NCBI GenBank assembly: GCA_002269645.1
Contig: NIVC01000977.1
Location: 124,001-188,000, forward strand
Direction: 5' to 3'
Length of the DNA stretch: 64,000 nucleotides
DNA from: Macrostomum lignano
Lineage: Eukaryota
Shown: piece by piece, positions 50,401 through 62,771 of the stretch
How positions within the stretch are numbered: the stretch's first letter is position 1
Layout: every line of letters begins with the position of its first letter
Notes under the pieces: generated by a model
What the model was told of the DNA's origin: nothing
Database searches by the model: none
What the model saw: only the letters and a program-made list of their open reading frames with translations
Position numbers and translations under genes: made by a program

Positions 50401-52649
50401 GCTGGGCCAGCCTCCCAGATCCTCAGTTGCTGGGCCAGCCTCCCAGATCCCCAGTTGCTGGGCCAGCCTCCCAGATCCCCAGTTACTGGGCCAGCCTCCC
50501 AGATCCCCAGTTGCTAGGCCAGCATCCCAGATCCCCAGTTGCTGGGCCAGCCTCCCAGATCCCCAGTTACTGGGCCAGCCTCCCAGATCCCCAGTTGCTA
50601 GGCCAGCATCCCAGATCCCCAGTTGCTGGGCCAGCCTCCCAGATCCTCAGTTGCTGGGCCAGCCTCCCAGATCTCCAGTTGCTGGGCCAGCCTCCCAGAT
50701 CCCCAGTTGCTGGGCCAGCCTCCCAGATCCTCAGTTGCTGGGCCAGCCTCCCAGATCCTCAGTTGCTGGGCCAGCCTCCCAGATCCCCAGTTGCTGGGCC
50801 AGCCTCCCAGATCCTCAGTTGCTGGGCCAGCCTCCCAGATCCTCAGTTGCTGGGCCAGCCTCCCAGATCCTCAGTTGCTGGGCCAGCCTCCCAGATCCCC
50901 AGTTGCTGGGCCAGCCTCCCAGATCCCCAGTTGCTGGTCCAGCCTCCCAGATCCCCAGTTGCTGGTCCAGCCTCCCAGATCCTCAGTTGCTGGGCCAGCC
51001 TCCCAGATCCTCAGTTGCTGGGCCAGCTTCTCAGATCCTCAGTTGCTGGGCCAGCCTCCCAGATCCTCAGTTGCTGGGCCAGCCTCCCAGATCCTCAGTT
51101 GCTGGGCCAGCCTCCCAGATCCCCAGTTGCTGGGCCAGCCTCCCAGATCCCCAGTTGCTGGTCCAGCCTCCCAGATCCTCAGTTGCTGGGCCAGCCTCCC
51201 AGATCCTCAGTTGCTGGGCCAGCTTCTCAGATCCTCAGTTGCTGGGCCAGCCTCCCAGATTCTCAGTTGCTGAGCCAGCCTCCTAGATCCTCAGTTGCTG
51301 GGCCAGCTTCTCAGATCCTCAGTTGCTGGGCCAGCCTCCCAGATTCTCAGTTGCTGGGCCAGCCTCCCAGATCCTTAGTTTCTGGTCCAGCTTCTCAGAT
51401 CCAGCTTCATATAAGTATCAATAACATTATTAAAAAAGCCCTAGCAAATCATGCACAATCATTCCCACAGCGACATCAAACCGGACAACTTTCTAATGGG
51501 CATCGGGCGCCACTGCAACAAATTATTCCTTGTAGACTTCGGTCTGGCCAAAAAGTACCGGTTAGTGTTATTGCGCAATTTCTTGCCCCAGATATTTCAA
51601 TCAGCCCTCCCTCCTCAATACAAATTCATTCGCCTTTGCCCTCAGCGACTCCCGCACGAAGGCGCACATTCCTTATCGCGACGACAAGAACCTGACTGGC
51701 ACGGCTCGCTACGCCTCGGTCAATGCGCACGCCGGCATTGAACAGTCGCGTCGGGACGATCTGGAAAGTCTTGGTTACGTTTTCATGTACTTCCTGCGCT
51801 CCTCGCTGCCCTGGCAAGGACTCAAGGTTGGTGGCAACTCTTCTCATCTTCTTGTTTTAGGCCTTGTGTCACTTTCCACTGTGGTAGTGTCACTCTTCGC
51901 TATTTACGTCATTGTTCGTATCTATCTGTCACTCTCTGTATCTATCTGTCGCTCTCCATATTTATCTGTCACTCTCCATATCTATCTGTCACTCCCCATA
52001 TCTATTTGTCACTCTCCGTATCTATCTGTCACTCCCCATATCTATTTGTCACTCTCCGTATCTATCTGTCACTCTCCATATCTATCTGTCACTCCCCATA
52101 TCTATCTGTCACTCTCCATATCTATCTGTCACTCTCCGTATCTATCTGTCACTCCCCATATTTATCTGTCACTCTCCATATCTATCTGTCACTCTCCATA
52201 TTTATCTGTCACTCTCCATATCTATCTGTCACTCTCCATATTTATCTGTCACTCTCCATATTCATCTGTCACTATCCACTGCTCTTGTGTCACTCTATAC
52301 CATACTCCCAAAACACACACAGGCGAACAACAAGAAGCAGAAATACGAGCGCATCTACGAGAAGAAGGTGTCCACCCCGATCGAGAGCCTGACCAGGGGC
52401 TACCCGCCGGAGTTCAGCCGCTACCTAAGCTACTGCCGCAATCTGAAATTTGAAGAGGCCCCAGACTATCGTTGGTTGCGCGAGAATTTTCGCATACTAT
52501 TCCGCACGTTGAACTTCGTGTTCGACTACGTGTTCGACTGGACCCTGCTAAAACAGCGGGCTACTACTTCGTCCGTCTCTGCCGGCGCCGGCGCCGGCGG
52601 CGGAACGTCGAACAACGCGGTCGGCCTCCTTGGCGGCGGAAACAGGTGA
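47423..52649 (+). CDS. CSNK1A1: Casein kinase I alpha, spliced (5 exons, 337 aa if the TGA at 52647-52649 is used)
   Basis: Exons 47423-47655, 49489-49671, 51471-51560, 51646-51826 and 52323-52649 join in phase. Motifs [63 protein letters not shown] (alpha-type GIGRHCNK), [18 protein letters not shown]. Confidence 0.93.
47732..47910. mobile_element. ~180-bp fold-back (MITE-like) hairpin in CK1 alpha intron 1
   Basis: AAAGATTGTGTAATTTTTTTGGAGGCCTATTTCCTGGGAAAAATG pairs with CATTTTTTTCCGGGAAATAGGCCTTCAAAAATTACACAATCTTT across a ~21-nt loop. The outer arms (CACTG-A-TATA-CAGGA) extend the stem imperfectly. Confidence 0.7.
49765..51405. repeat. CK1 alpha intron 2: 28-bp minisatellite
   Basis: Unit CCTCCCAGATC(C/T)CAGTTGCTGGGCCAG, about 58 copies. 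It generates the spurious 491- and 562-aa ORFs. Confidence 0.96.
51915..52280. repeat. CK1 alpha intron 4: 20-bp minisatellite
   Basis: Unit TATCTATCTGTCACTCTCCA. Confidence 0.95.
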
Positions 52650-52884
52650 ATTGGATTTATTTTAGCTAACTAATAATAAATCCAACTATTTGTGCCAGCT
52701 TTGGACTCTGGAGAGGGGAGGGTTTGATTGAAATATTTAACTGTACAAAGATATCTCAAGACAAAATTTCAGTTAGAATTGCAGTTCTCTGAATGTTAAA
52801 TAACTGGTCATTGGCAGCTGTTTTAATGACCAACTGATTTTAGTTATAAAATATTTTTTTGGGATTTGAAATATACTAAAGAAG

Positions 52885-54310
52885 CCCATTGGTAATGCTT
52901 CTATTTCCATATCCCATTGGTAATACTACCAGATCCCATTGGTAATACTACCAGATCCCATTGGTAATACTACCAGATCCCATTGGTAATGCTACCAGAT
53001 CTCATTGGTAATACTACCAGATCCCATTGGTAATGCTACCAGATCTCATTGGTAATACTACCAGATCCCATTGGTAATGCTACCAGATCCCATTGGTAAT
53101 GCTACCAGATCCCATTGGTAATGCTACCAGATCTCATTGGTAATACTACCAGATCCCATTGGTAATGCTACCAGATCTCATTGGTAATACTACCAGATCC
53201 CATTGGTAATGCTACCAGATCCCATTGGTAATACTACCAGATCCCATTGGTAATGCTACCAGATCCCATTGGTAATACTACCAGATCCCATTGGTAATGC
53301 TACCAGATCCCATTGGTAATACTACCAGATCCCATTGGTAATGCTACCAGATCCCATTGGTAATACTACCAGATCCCATTGGTAATGCTACCAGATCTCA
53401 TTGCTAATGCTACCAGATCCCATTGGTAATGCTACCAGATCCCATTGGTAATACCACCATACTACCATATCCCATTGGTAATACCACCATACTACCATAT
53501 CCCATTGGTAATTCTACCAGATCCCATTGGTAATGCTACCAGATCCCATTGGTAATACTACCAGATCCCATTGGTAATACGACCAGATCCCATTGGTAAT
53601 ACTACCAGATCCCATTGGTAATGCTACCAGATCCCATTGGTAATACTACCAGATCCCATTGGTAATGCTACCAGATCCCATTGGTAATACTACCAGATCC
53701 CATTGGTAATGCTACCAGATCCCATTGGTAATACTACCAGATCCCATTGGTAATGCTACCAGATCCCATTGGTAATACTACCAGATCCATTGGTAATGCT
53801 ACCAGATCCCATTGGTAATACTACCAGATCCCATTGGTAATGCTACCAGATCCCATTGGTAATACTACCAGATCCCATTGGTAATGCTACCAGATCCCAT
53901 TGGTAATACTACCAGATCCCATTGGTAAGCTACCAGATCCCATTGGTAATACTACCAGATCCCATTGGTAATGCTACCAGATCCCATTGGTATACTACCA
54001 GATCCCATTGGTAATGCTACCAGATCCCATTGGTAATACTACCAGATCCCATTGGTAATGCTACCAGATCCCATTGGTAATACTACCAGATCCCATTGGT
54101 AATGCTACCAGATCCCATTGGTAATACTACCAGATCCCATTGGTAATGCTACCAGATCCCATTGGTAATACTACCAGATCCCATTGGTAATGCTACCAGA
54201 TCCCATTGGTAATACTACCAGATCCCATTGGTAATGCTACCAGATCCCATTGGTAATACTACCAGATCCCATTGGTAATGCTACCAGATCCCATTGGTAA
54301 TACTACCAAT
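52885..54310. repeat. 22-bp minisatellite downstream of CK1 alpha exon 5
   Basis: Unit CCCATTGGTAAT(A/G)CTACCAGAT, about 64 copies, mostly alternating A/G variants. Confidence 0.96.
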
Positions 54311-55299
54311 TCTATTTAAATAAAATCCAAATGCCTTTGAAGTTGAGTCTGTATTGCATAGATGTGCAGAACTCTGCTACGTAAAAATAGAGGTGCCACT
54401 CCTGCGCTCATGCTGAGGTACCAATCTGCGCGGCACTACTATGAGCAACTTAAATCTTAGTTTTTAAATTCACTTTATTTGCTTCCTTTTAATTTTATTA
54501 GTTTTTTAGCGTGAAAATTTCTAATCTTTCTGAAGCTGCCTTCTTGCAATTTTTGTTTGTTATTTCTTTTTTGCAAAGAGAAACAACTATAATTGACAAA
54601 AATATTCTCACCCGCCTACTCTCAGCATGCAGTTGCGGTTGGATTATCTGAATCTAACTGAACTTTTGCGCATGCGTGTAACCATAGGGCTCGATAATAG
54701 CTGCTGTGATAATAGGCTGCCATCCAATTTAGCATACTATAATATGTAATACTAGACCTTATTGCTAAGTATGGTTGCTATGCTACAATAGGCAGGCAAG
54801 TTGTGCATGTAATCTAGGCTATAGGTTTATTCAATTAATTTTTCTTAGCGCCGTGTTTTAAATTATAACACATATTGAAACAAATTTATTTTTTTCTATT
54901 TATTTGAAAAAAACAAGAATGTTGATTTTCAGTTTAATTATTACGGTATGTGACTGCAGAGCCGGCCAAGATGCTCTAAAAAACTTTCTCTGCGTGTTTG
55001 TTTGCCTGATGATGCAGCTCGACCTTGTTTTCTATATTTATTATACTTATTTTTTTATGAAATAGTGTCCATGTACTTGTAGTTTCCTGGAATTAGTATA
55101 CTTAGTAAGCCTTATAATTTTTTACTTTTTCAACTGTTTCCGTTTTCGACAAGAGATTATAATATCACGATTGTTTTTTCAACTTTTTTTTATAAATATA
55201 TAGCGAAGCACATGCGCTTTGTATTCTACTTTATCTTTCCCGTGTAGTAGAGCATGAAGTATTTTTCTTTTGGTTTTCCTCTTTTTTAATTTAATGCAG

Positions 55300-55740
55300 C
55301 GTTGGCTTGTGTCTTCTCAGCTCTCTTTTACTCTCTCCTCTCCCCCTTTCTCTCGTCTCTCTTCTCCTATCCTCACCTCGTCTCTCCTCCCTCTTCTCTA
55401 CTCTCTCTTTTCTTTCTCCCCTCTTTTCTCCTCTCCTCTCTTCTCTATTCTCTCCTCTCCTGATCTCCTCTTTTTCTCTCTCCTCTCCTCTCTTCTTTCC
55501 CTCCTTTCTCTCTCCTCTCCTCTCCTCACCTCTTTCCATCATCTCTCTTCTCTTCCTCCTCTCTCTCTTCTCTTCCTCTCACCTCTTCTATCCTCCCCTT
55601 CTCTCGCTTTCCTTTGTTTCTCTTTTCCTTCTTTCCTCCCACCTCTCATCTCTCTCATCTTTTCTCTTCTTCCATCTCGCATTTTATCTGTCTTCTCATG
55701 TCTGCTCTCATTCCGTATCTTATTCCATCTCTAATCTCCT
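55300..55740. repeat. CT-rich low-complexity tract
   Basis: Pyrimidine-only runs (TCTCC/TCTCT). Confidence 0.85.
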
Positions 55741-56527
55741 TTCCTTTGTCATCTGGCGTGCAGCCATTTGGCTCGAGTTAGAATATCTATCTTGGAATCG
55801 AAATTCGTTATAGACTACTTGCAACAAAGCTTGTTTAGAGATTCAGTGTTAGCTTATTAATGCATTGCAGTGTAGCTTGCCATTAAAATAGTCCAGCGGG
55901 ACTGACAGAGAGATTCAGTTTTTGTAAGATTAATTTTTCCACAAACTTAACGCAGTATAATTGTTGACTTTCGACCGGCTCGAATTTGGCGTCTGATAAA
56001 ATACCGGGTTGAAACTTCAATTCCTGGTGAAATCTTAAGCGGCCTAACTTTATCGTACTTTGACTTATGAATTTTGTCAATTGGCCTAACAAAAATTTGC
56101 GCACTTTGCTGTCCCAGTAAGTTTCCATTCGTCAGCAGTTTTCACCCGCGATTATCAGTGTGCATTACACACTCGCGGCAGATAAACCCAACCGGTTTGC
56201 GAGTAGTGACACACGAAATTGCTTTTTCTGTTTGGAGAAGTTTTTCCTGCCTTGGAAACAGGTTTTGTTTTTGCTGTGGATTTTACTGCTTTCACCGAAG
56301 CTTTCCACTCGCCTGCACTTGAAAACACCAGTGAAAATGCCCAGTGAGCTGCGGTATATTATGGAATTCCAATGACCCTCATAGATGCGAAACTGCCTAT
56401 AAATATGCAACCTGTTTTGTGTGTGTGAATTAAGTCTACCGCTATCAGCACTGTAACTGAGTCTTTCTAAGCAGATTGGAATTTTTTGTTCAGTTGTCCA
56501 ACTTTTTTTACAGTTTCTAGAAACAGC

Positions 56528-59500
56528 ATGTCTGCCTGCACTGGTAAGTTCGCATTAAAACCATAAGTCCTTCCTATATACTAAATATAGAAATAAATTA
56601 TACCAAAAATCATGTTTGTCTCTACCTATTCATCTAGGTATAGCCAATGCTGTGGATGATTAGACAACCCGTTTGGATGGGTAGACAACCCCCTGGATGA
56701 TTGGACAACCACTTGAATGATTAGAAAACCCCCGTGGATGATTAGACAACCCAATAGATGGTCGGATAACCTCCTGGATGATTAGACAACCCCATAGATG
56801 GTCAGAGTCAGACAACCTCCTGGATGATTAGACAACCCCCTGAATGATTAGACAACCCCCTGAATGATTAGACAACCCCCTGAATGATTAGAACCCCCTG
56901 AATGATTAGACAACCCCCTGAATGATTAGACAACCCTCTGAATGATTAGTGATTAGAGAACCCCCTGAATGATTAGACAACCGTGGATTCGTTTGAAAAA
57001 CGCAACCGCTTAGAAAACTTCATGAATGATAAGACTAACATGATGATTAAACTGGATGATTAGACAGTCACGCATGGATGATAGTAGGCAAATCTTGCAG
57101 CCCACAAGAAGATTGACGCACTTGCACCTCCCGTCTCCGCCCCTGCAGAGACCCGCCAACAGATGCTAAGCTACTGGAAGGGCCACGGCAAGCCCTCCCT
57201 AGAGATGATGATGCTGGATAGCAACGCAGCCTCCATCGCCGACCGCGAGACGCAGGAAATCCTGGGCATGCTGCCGCCCGTAAACGGTCTGGACGTTGTG
57301 GAACTTGGCGCTGGGATCGGCCGGTTCACCAAGCACCTGGCGACGCTAGCCGGCAGTCTGCACGCCTCAGATTTCATGCAGAATTTCATCGACAAGAATC
57401 GCGAAGACAATGGTCACCATGGCAACCTGACTCTGGCTGTAGCCGACGCCACCCAGATGACGATGCCGGCAGATTGCTGCGACCTGGTGTTCTCCAACTG
57501 GCTGTTCATGTACCTGGACGACGAAGAGGTGCGCGGCGTGTTCGCCAGAATCCTCGACTGGCTTCGGCCGGGTGGACATTTCTTCTTCCGCGAGTCCTGC
57601 TTCCACCGGTCCGGCTCGGTGGCCCGCACCGACAACCCCACCAAGTACCGATCGCCGCAGAGGTACAACGAGCTGCTACTTGAGGCTGCTCACGGCTCTC
57701 ACCGGTTCGGTCACGTGTTCACCAGACCGAGCCGAACCTACGTGTCCACCAAGGGCAACCGGAACCAGATGTGCTGGCTGGTGCGCAAGACTCCGCTGAG
57801 TTCGCCGGACGAGATCGACCGGATGAAGGCGGCTCATATGAGTCTCATGAACGGACCCAGCGATGAGAAGTGAGTCTAAATCTGCCAAACACAGGTGTCC
57901 AAGGGTCTCCGGCCACCTCCGTGTCATTGAGTGTCCTCTGGGTCCTCAGGTGTCCAAGGGTCTCCGGCCACCTCTGTGTCATTGAGTGTCTTCTGAGTCC
58001 TAGATATCTGTACCACCAACCTCCCGTGTCCTCGGGTATCTGGACCACCAACCTACCGTGTCCTCGGGTATCTGGACCACCAACCTACCGTGTCCTCGGG
58101 TATCTGGACCACCAACCTCCCGTGTCCTCGGAGCATCTGGGTATCTGGACCACCAACCTCCCGTGTCCTCGGAGCATCTGGGTATCTGGACCACCAACCT
58201 CCCGTGTCCCGATCGCATCCCAATCACGATGTCACCAACACCGCCATCCCTGTCCAACCGCAGGCTCGAATCCGTTTTGGCCGAGGGCAGCGAAGCGGCC
58301 GCTCTGTGCGACTATCTCGGTGTCCAGCCGGGCGAGACTGTCCTTGACGTTGGCTGCGGATTGGGAGACACCTCCTGCCTGCTAGCTAAGGTAGATGCTC
58401 GTTAAATTTTTTATTAGAAAATGAATACAGTAAGGAATGATGACAGATTCCACCGGTGCAACAATTTGCATGTACCTTTGAAAATCAAATTTTCAGAAAT
58501 ACGACGCCAACGTGATTGGTTTTGACATCGCCGGCCCACTGGTCAGTCTGGCTCTGCAGCGGGCCAATCAGCTGGGCGTGCAAAATGTGAGCGCAATTGT
58601 CCGGTATTGCTTCTAGGAAAGTCTGCGGTTTCTTAGAAAAATCAAGGTTGATTGATCGAGTTCTTTATCCAATGCAGGTTCTATGATTTGGTTCATGGAT
58701 GAATTCTTAAGTGAGTGTGGTAATTATTGTGTCATGAGTGAGGCCATGAGTGAGGCCATAAGGCGAGGTCCTGAGTGAGTTCATGAGTGAAGCCATGAGT
58801 GAGGCCATAAGGCGAGGTCCTGAGTGAGGTCATGAGTGAAGCCATGAGTGAGGCCATAAGGCGAGGTCCTGAGTGAGGTCATGAGTGAGGCCATGAGTGA
58901 GGCCATAAGGCGAGATCCTGAGTGAATTCATAAGAAGAGGCCATGAGGTAAGATAATGAGTGAGGTCGTATATTATGCGAAATCATAAGTGAGCTCATTT
59001 GAGAGATCATGTGCTGAGGTCATGAGTGAGTCATGAGGAGACGTTGTGGGTGAATTCATGAGGTGAGTGAAGTCATGAACAAGTGAGATCATGACAAGTT
59101 CTGAGGGAATGTGTACATTAAGCTTTTATTATAGCGAGATCATTCATAATTCACGGAACTTTATGAGAAACTCGACTAATTTAAGGTAGCAAATGTACTT
59201 TAGAAACTTTTTCTCGCGTTGCCAGGTGCTGTTTGAGCTGGCCGATATTGAGACCTGCGAACTGTACGAGGAGGAGACGTTCGATGTGATCTACTGCCGC
59301 GACGTGATGCACTACGTGACGGATAAGGGCAGCGTGCTGGCCAAGTTTTATGTGAGAATTTGAGCTTAATTGCTTTTTCGATTTTTTCTTTTTTATCTGA
59401 CTCTATTCTAGCTACTTACGAAGCCAAGGATTGCGAGTAGTATTGGATATGCAATAAACATTTTGCAGAACCAGCAAAACTTTACAAACTTCACAAACTA

Positions 59501-62500
59501 TAGAATCGTCACAAACTATAGAATCGTCACAAACTATAGTACCCCTGGTATCTTCACAAACTATAGAATCTTCACAAACTATAGAATCTTCACAAACTAT
59601 AGAATCTTCACAAACTATAGAATCTTCACAAACTATGGAATCTTCACAAACTATAGAATCTTCACAAACTATAGAATCTTCACAAACTATAGAATCTTCA
59701 CAAACTATAGAATCTTCACAAACTATAGAATCTTCACAAACTATAGAATCTTCACAAACTATAGAATCTTCACAAACTATAGAATCTTCACAAACTATAG
59801 AATCTTCACAAACTATAGAATCTTCACAAACTATAGAATCTTCACAAACTATAGAATCTTCACAAACTATAGAATCTTCACAAACTATAGAATCTTCACA
59901 AACTATAGAATCTTCACAAACTATAGAATCGCCCTGTTTCGTTGCAGAAATGGCTGAAGCCCGGCGGCCGCCTCTGTCTAACAGACTACTGCCCGTTAAG
60001 AAATCAGCCCAATACCGCTGATGACTCATCCGCTGACGTCAGCGCGGCCTACTCACGCGATGCCTACATTTCGGCTTTGAAATCTGCCGGATTTGCCGAC
60101 TCGACCGTCACTACGGACGACTTGACGCCGCGGTTCGAGTCGGCGGCTCTGGCCAAATGTCGAATTCTTGAACAGGCCAGGCACCTCTTTGTGCAGGTGC
60201 GATGAGTTCTGATTTTGTTACTCTGGCTTTTGTTTTCATCTAGTCCACATCGACGTTGATCCATCGACTCTCCAATTAGTCATCTATTGGCTCTCTAATT
60301 AGTCATCTATCGAAAGGCTGTTGCGTCGTAATCATCCAGACACATATAGGAGCACTAATTAGGCATCCACAGACACACTGATTAGGCACCCACAGACACA
60401 CTGATTAGGCAGCCACAGACACACTGATTAGGCAGCCACAGACACACTGATTAGGCAACCACAGACACACTGATTAGGCACCCACAGACGCACTGATTAG
60501 GCACCCACAGACACACTGATTAGGCATCCACAGGCACACTGATTAGGCAACCACAGACACACTGATTAGGCATCCACAGGCACACTGATTAGGCACCCAC
60601 AAACACACTGATTAGGCACCCACAGACACACTGATTAGGCACCCACAGACACACTGATTAGTTATCCACAGACACACTGATTAGTTATCCACAGACACAC
60701 TGATTAGTTATCCACAGACACACTGATTAGGCACCCACAGACACACTGATTAGGTATTCACAGACACACTGATTAGGTATCCACAGACACACTGATTAGG
60801 CATCCACAGACACACTGATTAGGCACCCACAGACACACTGATTAGGCATCCACAGGCACACTGATTCGGCACCCACAGACACACTGATTAGGCACCCACA
60901 GACACACTGAGTAGGCATCCACAGACACACTGATTAGGCACCCACAGACGCACTGATTAGGTATTCACAGACACACTGATTAGGTATCCACAGACACACT
61001 GATTAGGCATCCACAGACACACTGATTAGGCACCCACAGACACACTGATTAGGTATTCACAGACACACTGATTAGGTATCCACAGACACACTGATTAGGC
61101 ATCCACAGACACACTGATTAGGCATCCACAGACACACTGATTAGGCACCCACAGACACACTGATTAGGTATTCACAGACACACTGATTAGGCACCCACAG
61201 ACACACTGATTAGGTATCCACAGACACACTGATTAGGTATACACAGACACACTGATAAGGTATCCACAGACACGCTGATTAGGCACCCACAGACATACTG
61301 ATTAGGTATCCACAGGCACACTGATTAGGCACCCACAAACACACTGATTAGGCACCCACAGACACACTGATTAGGCACCCACAGACACACTGATTAGTTA
61401 TCCACAGACACACTGATTAGTTATCCACAGACACACTGATTAGTTATCCACAGACACACTGATTAGGCACCCACAGACACACTGATTAGGTATTCACAGA
61501 CACACTGATTAGGTATCCACAGACACACTGATTAGGCATCCACAGACACACTGATTAGGCACCCACAGACACACTGATTAGGCATCCACAGGCACACTGA
61601 TTCGGCACCCACAGACACACTGATTAGGCACCCACAGACACACTGAGTAGGCATCCACAGACACACTGATTAGGCACCCACAGACGCACTGATTAGGTAT
61701 TCACAGACACACTGATTAGGTATCCACAGACACACTGATTAGGCATCCACAGACACACTGATTAGGCACCCACAGACACACTGATTAGGCACCCACAGAC
61801 ACACTGATTAGGCATCCACAGGCACACTGATTCGGCACCCACAGACACACTGATTAGGCACCCACAGACACACTGAGTAGGCATCCACAGACACACTGAT
61901 TAGGCACCCACAGACGCACTGATTAGGTATTCACAGACACACTGATTAGGTATCCACAGACACACTGATTAGGCATCCACAGACACACTGATTAGGCACC
62001 CACAGACACACTGATTAGGTATTCACAGACACACTGATTAGGTATCCACAGACACACTGATTAGGCATCCACAGACACACTGATTAGGCACCCACAGACA
62101 CACTGATTAGGTATTCACAGACACACTGATTAGGCACCCACAGACACACTGATTAGATATCCACAGACACACTGATTAGGTATCCACAGACACACTGATA
62201 AGGTATCCACAGACACGCTGATTAGGCACCCACAGACATACTGATTAGGTATCCACAGACACACTGATTAGGTATCCACAGACACACTGATTAGTTATCC
62301 ACAGACACACTGATTAGTTATCCACAGACACACTGATTAGTTATCCACAGACACGCTGATTAGGCACCCACAGACATACTGATTAGGTATCCACAGACAC
62401 GTTGATTAGTTATCCACAGACACACTGATTAGGCACCCACAGACACACTGATTAGTTATCCACAGACACACTGATTAGTTATCCACAGACACGCTGATTA

Positions 62501-62771
62501 GGCACCCACAGACATACTGATTAGGTATCCACAGACACGTTGATTAGTTATCCACAGACACACTGATTAGTTATCCACAGACACACTGATAGGGCCCCCA
62601 ATTCTCATGTGTCCCCAATTCCTATAATTCCCACTGAATTCCGCATTCAATTTCCAGCAATTCAACGAGTCGTCCAGATTTGAGCAGGCTCAAGTGAACT
62701 GGCAGAGACGCTTGGCAATGTGCCAGAGCGGCGAACTGGCCTGGATTCTATATCACGTGACCAAGCAGTGA
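56528..62771 (+). CDS. Phosphoethanolamine N-methyltransferase (two SAM-methyltransferase domains), spliced (7 exons, 480 aa)
   Basis: Exons 56528-56543, 57149-57869, 58264-58390, 58497-58586, 59226-59351, 59948-60196 and 62658-62771 join in phase. Domain 1 has PEAMT hallmarks (EMMMLDS, VVELGAGIGRFT, SNWLFMYLDDEEV, FFRESCF, NPTKYR). Domain 2 has VLDVGCGLG, YCRD and KWLKPGG-L-LTDYC, and a C-terminus resembling plant PEAMT (W...SGELAW...K). Confidence 0.88.
56650..57070. repeat. PEAMT intron 1: ~20-bp minisatellite
   Basis: Unit GAATGATTAGACAACCCCCT with degenerate flanks. Confidence 0.9.
57890..58210. repeat. PEAMT intron 2: ~32-bp minisatellite
   Basis: Unit GTGTCCTCGGGTATCTGGACCACCAACCT(A/C)CC plus a related 60-bp duplication. 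Confidence 0.88.
58730..59100. repeat. PEAMT intron 4: 12-bp-based, 48-bp higher-order minisatellite
   Basis: GAGTGAGGCCAT-AAGGCGAGGTCC-TGAGTGAGTTCA-TGAGTGAAGCCA repeated. Confidence 0.88.
59485..59930. repeat. PEAMT intron 5: 18-bp minisatellite
   Basis: Unit AATCTTCACAAACTATAG. Confidence 0.96.
60350..62590. repeat. PEAMT intron 6: 23-bp minisatellite
   Basis: Unit CACAGACACACTGATTAGGCACC, about 97 copies with higher-order duplication. Confidence 0.96.

Noticed and set aside
49753-51695. Long ORFs of 254-562 aa
   Set aside because: They are translations of the 28-bp intronic minisatellite inside CK1 alpha intron 2, with no start context or domain.
55883-56410. Minus-strand 81-aa ORFs upstream of PEAMT
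   Set aside because: No recognisable homology and no convincing splice context; probably promoter or UTR sequence.
3228-62590. Regular 20-40-bp repeat arrays as CRISPR arrays
   Set aside because: The units are head-to-tail with no unique spacers, there are no cas genes, and the context is eukaryotic and spliced.
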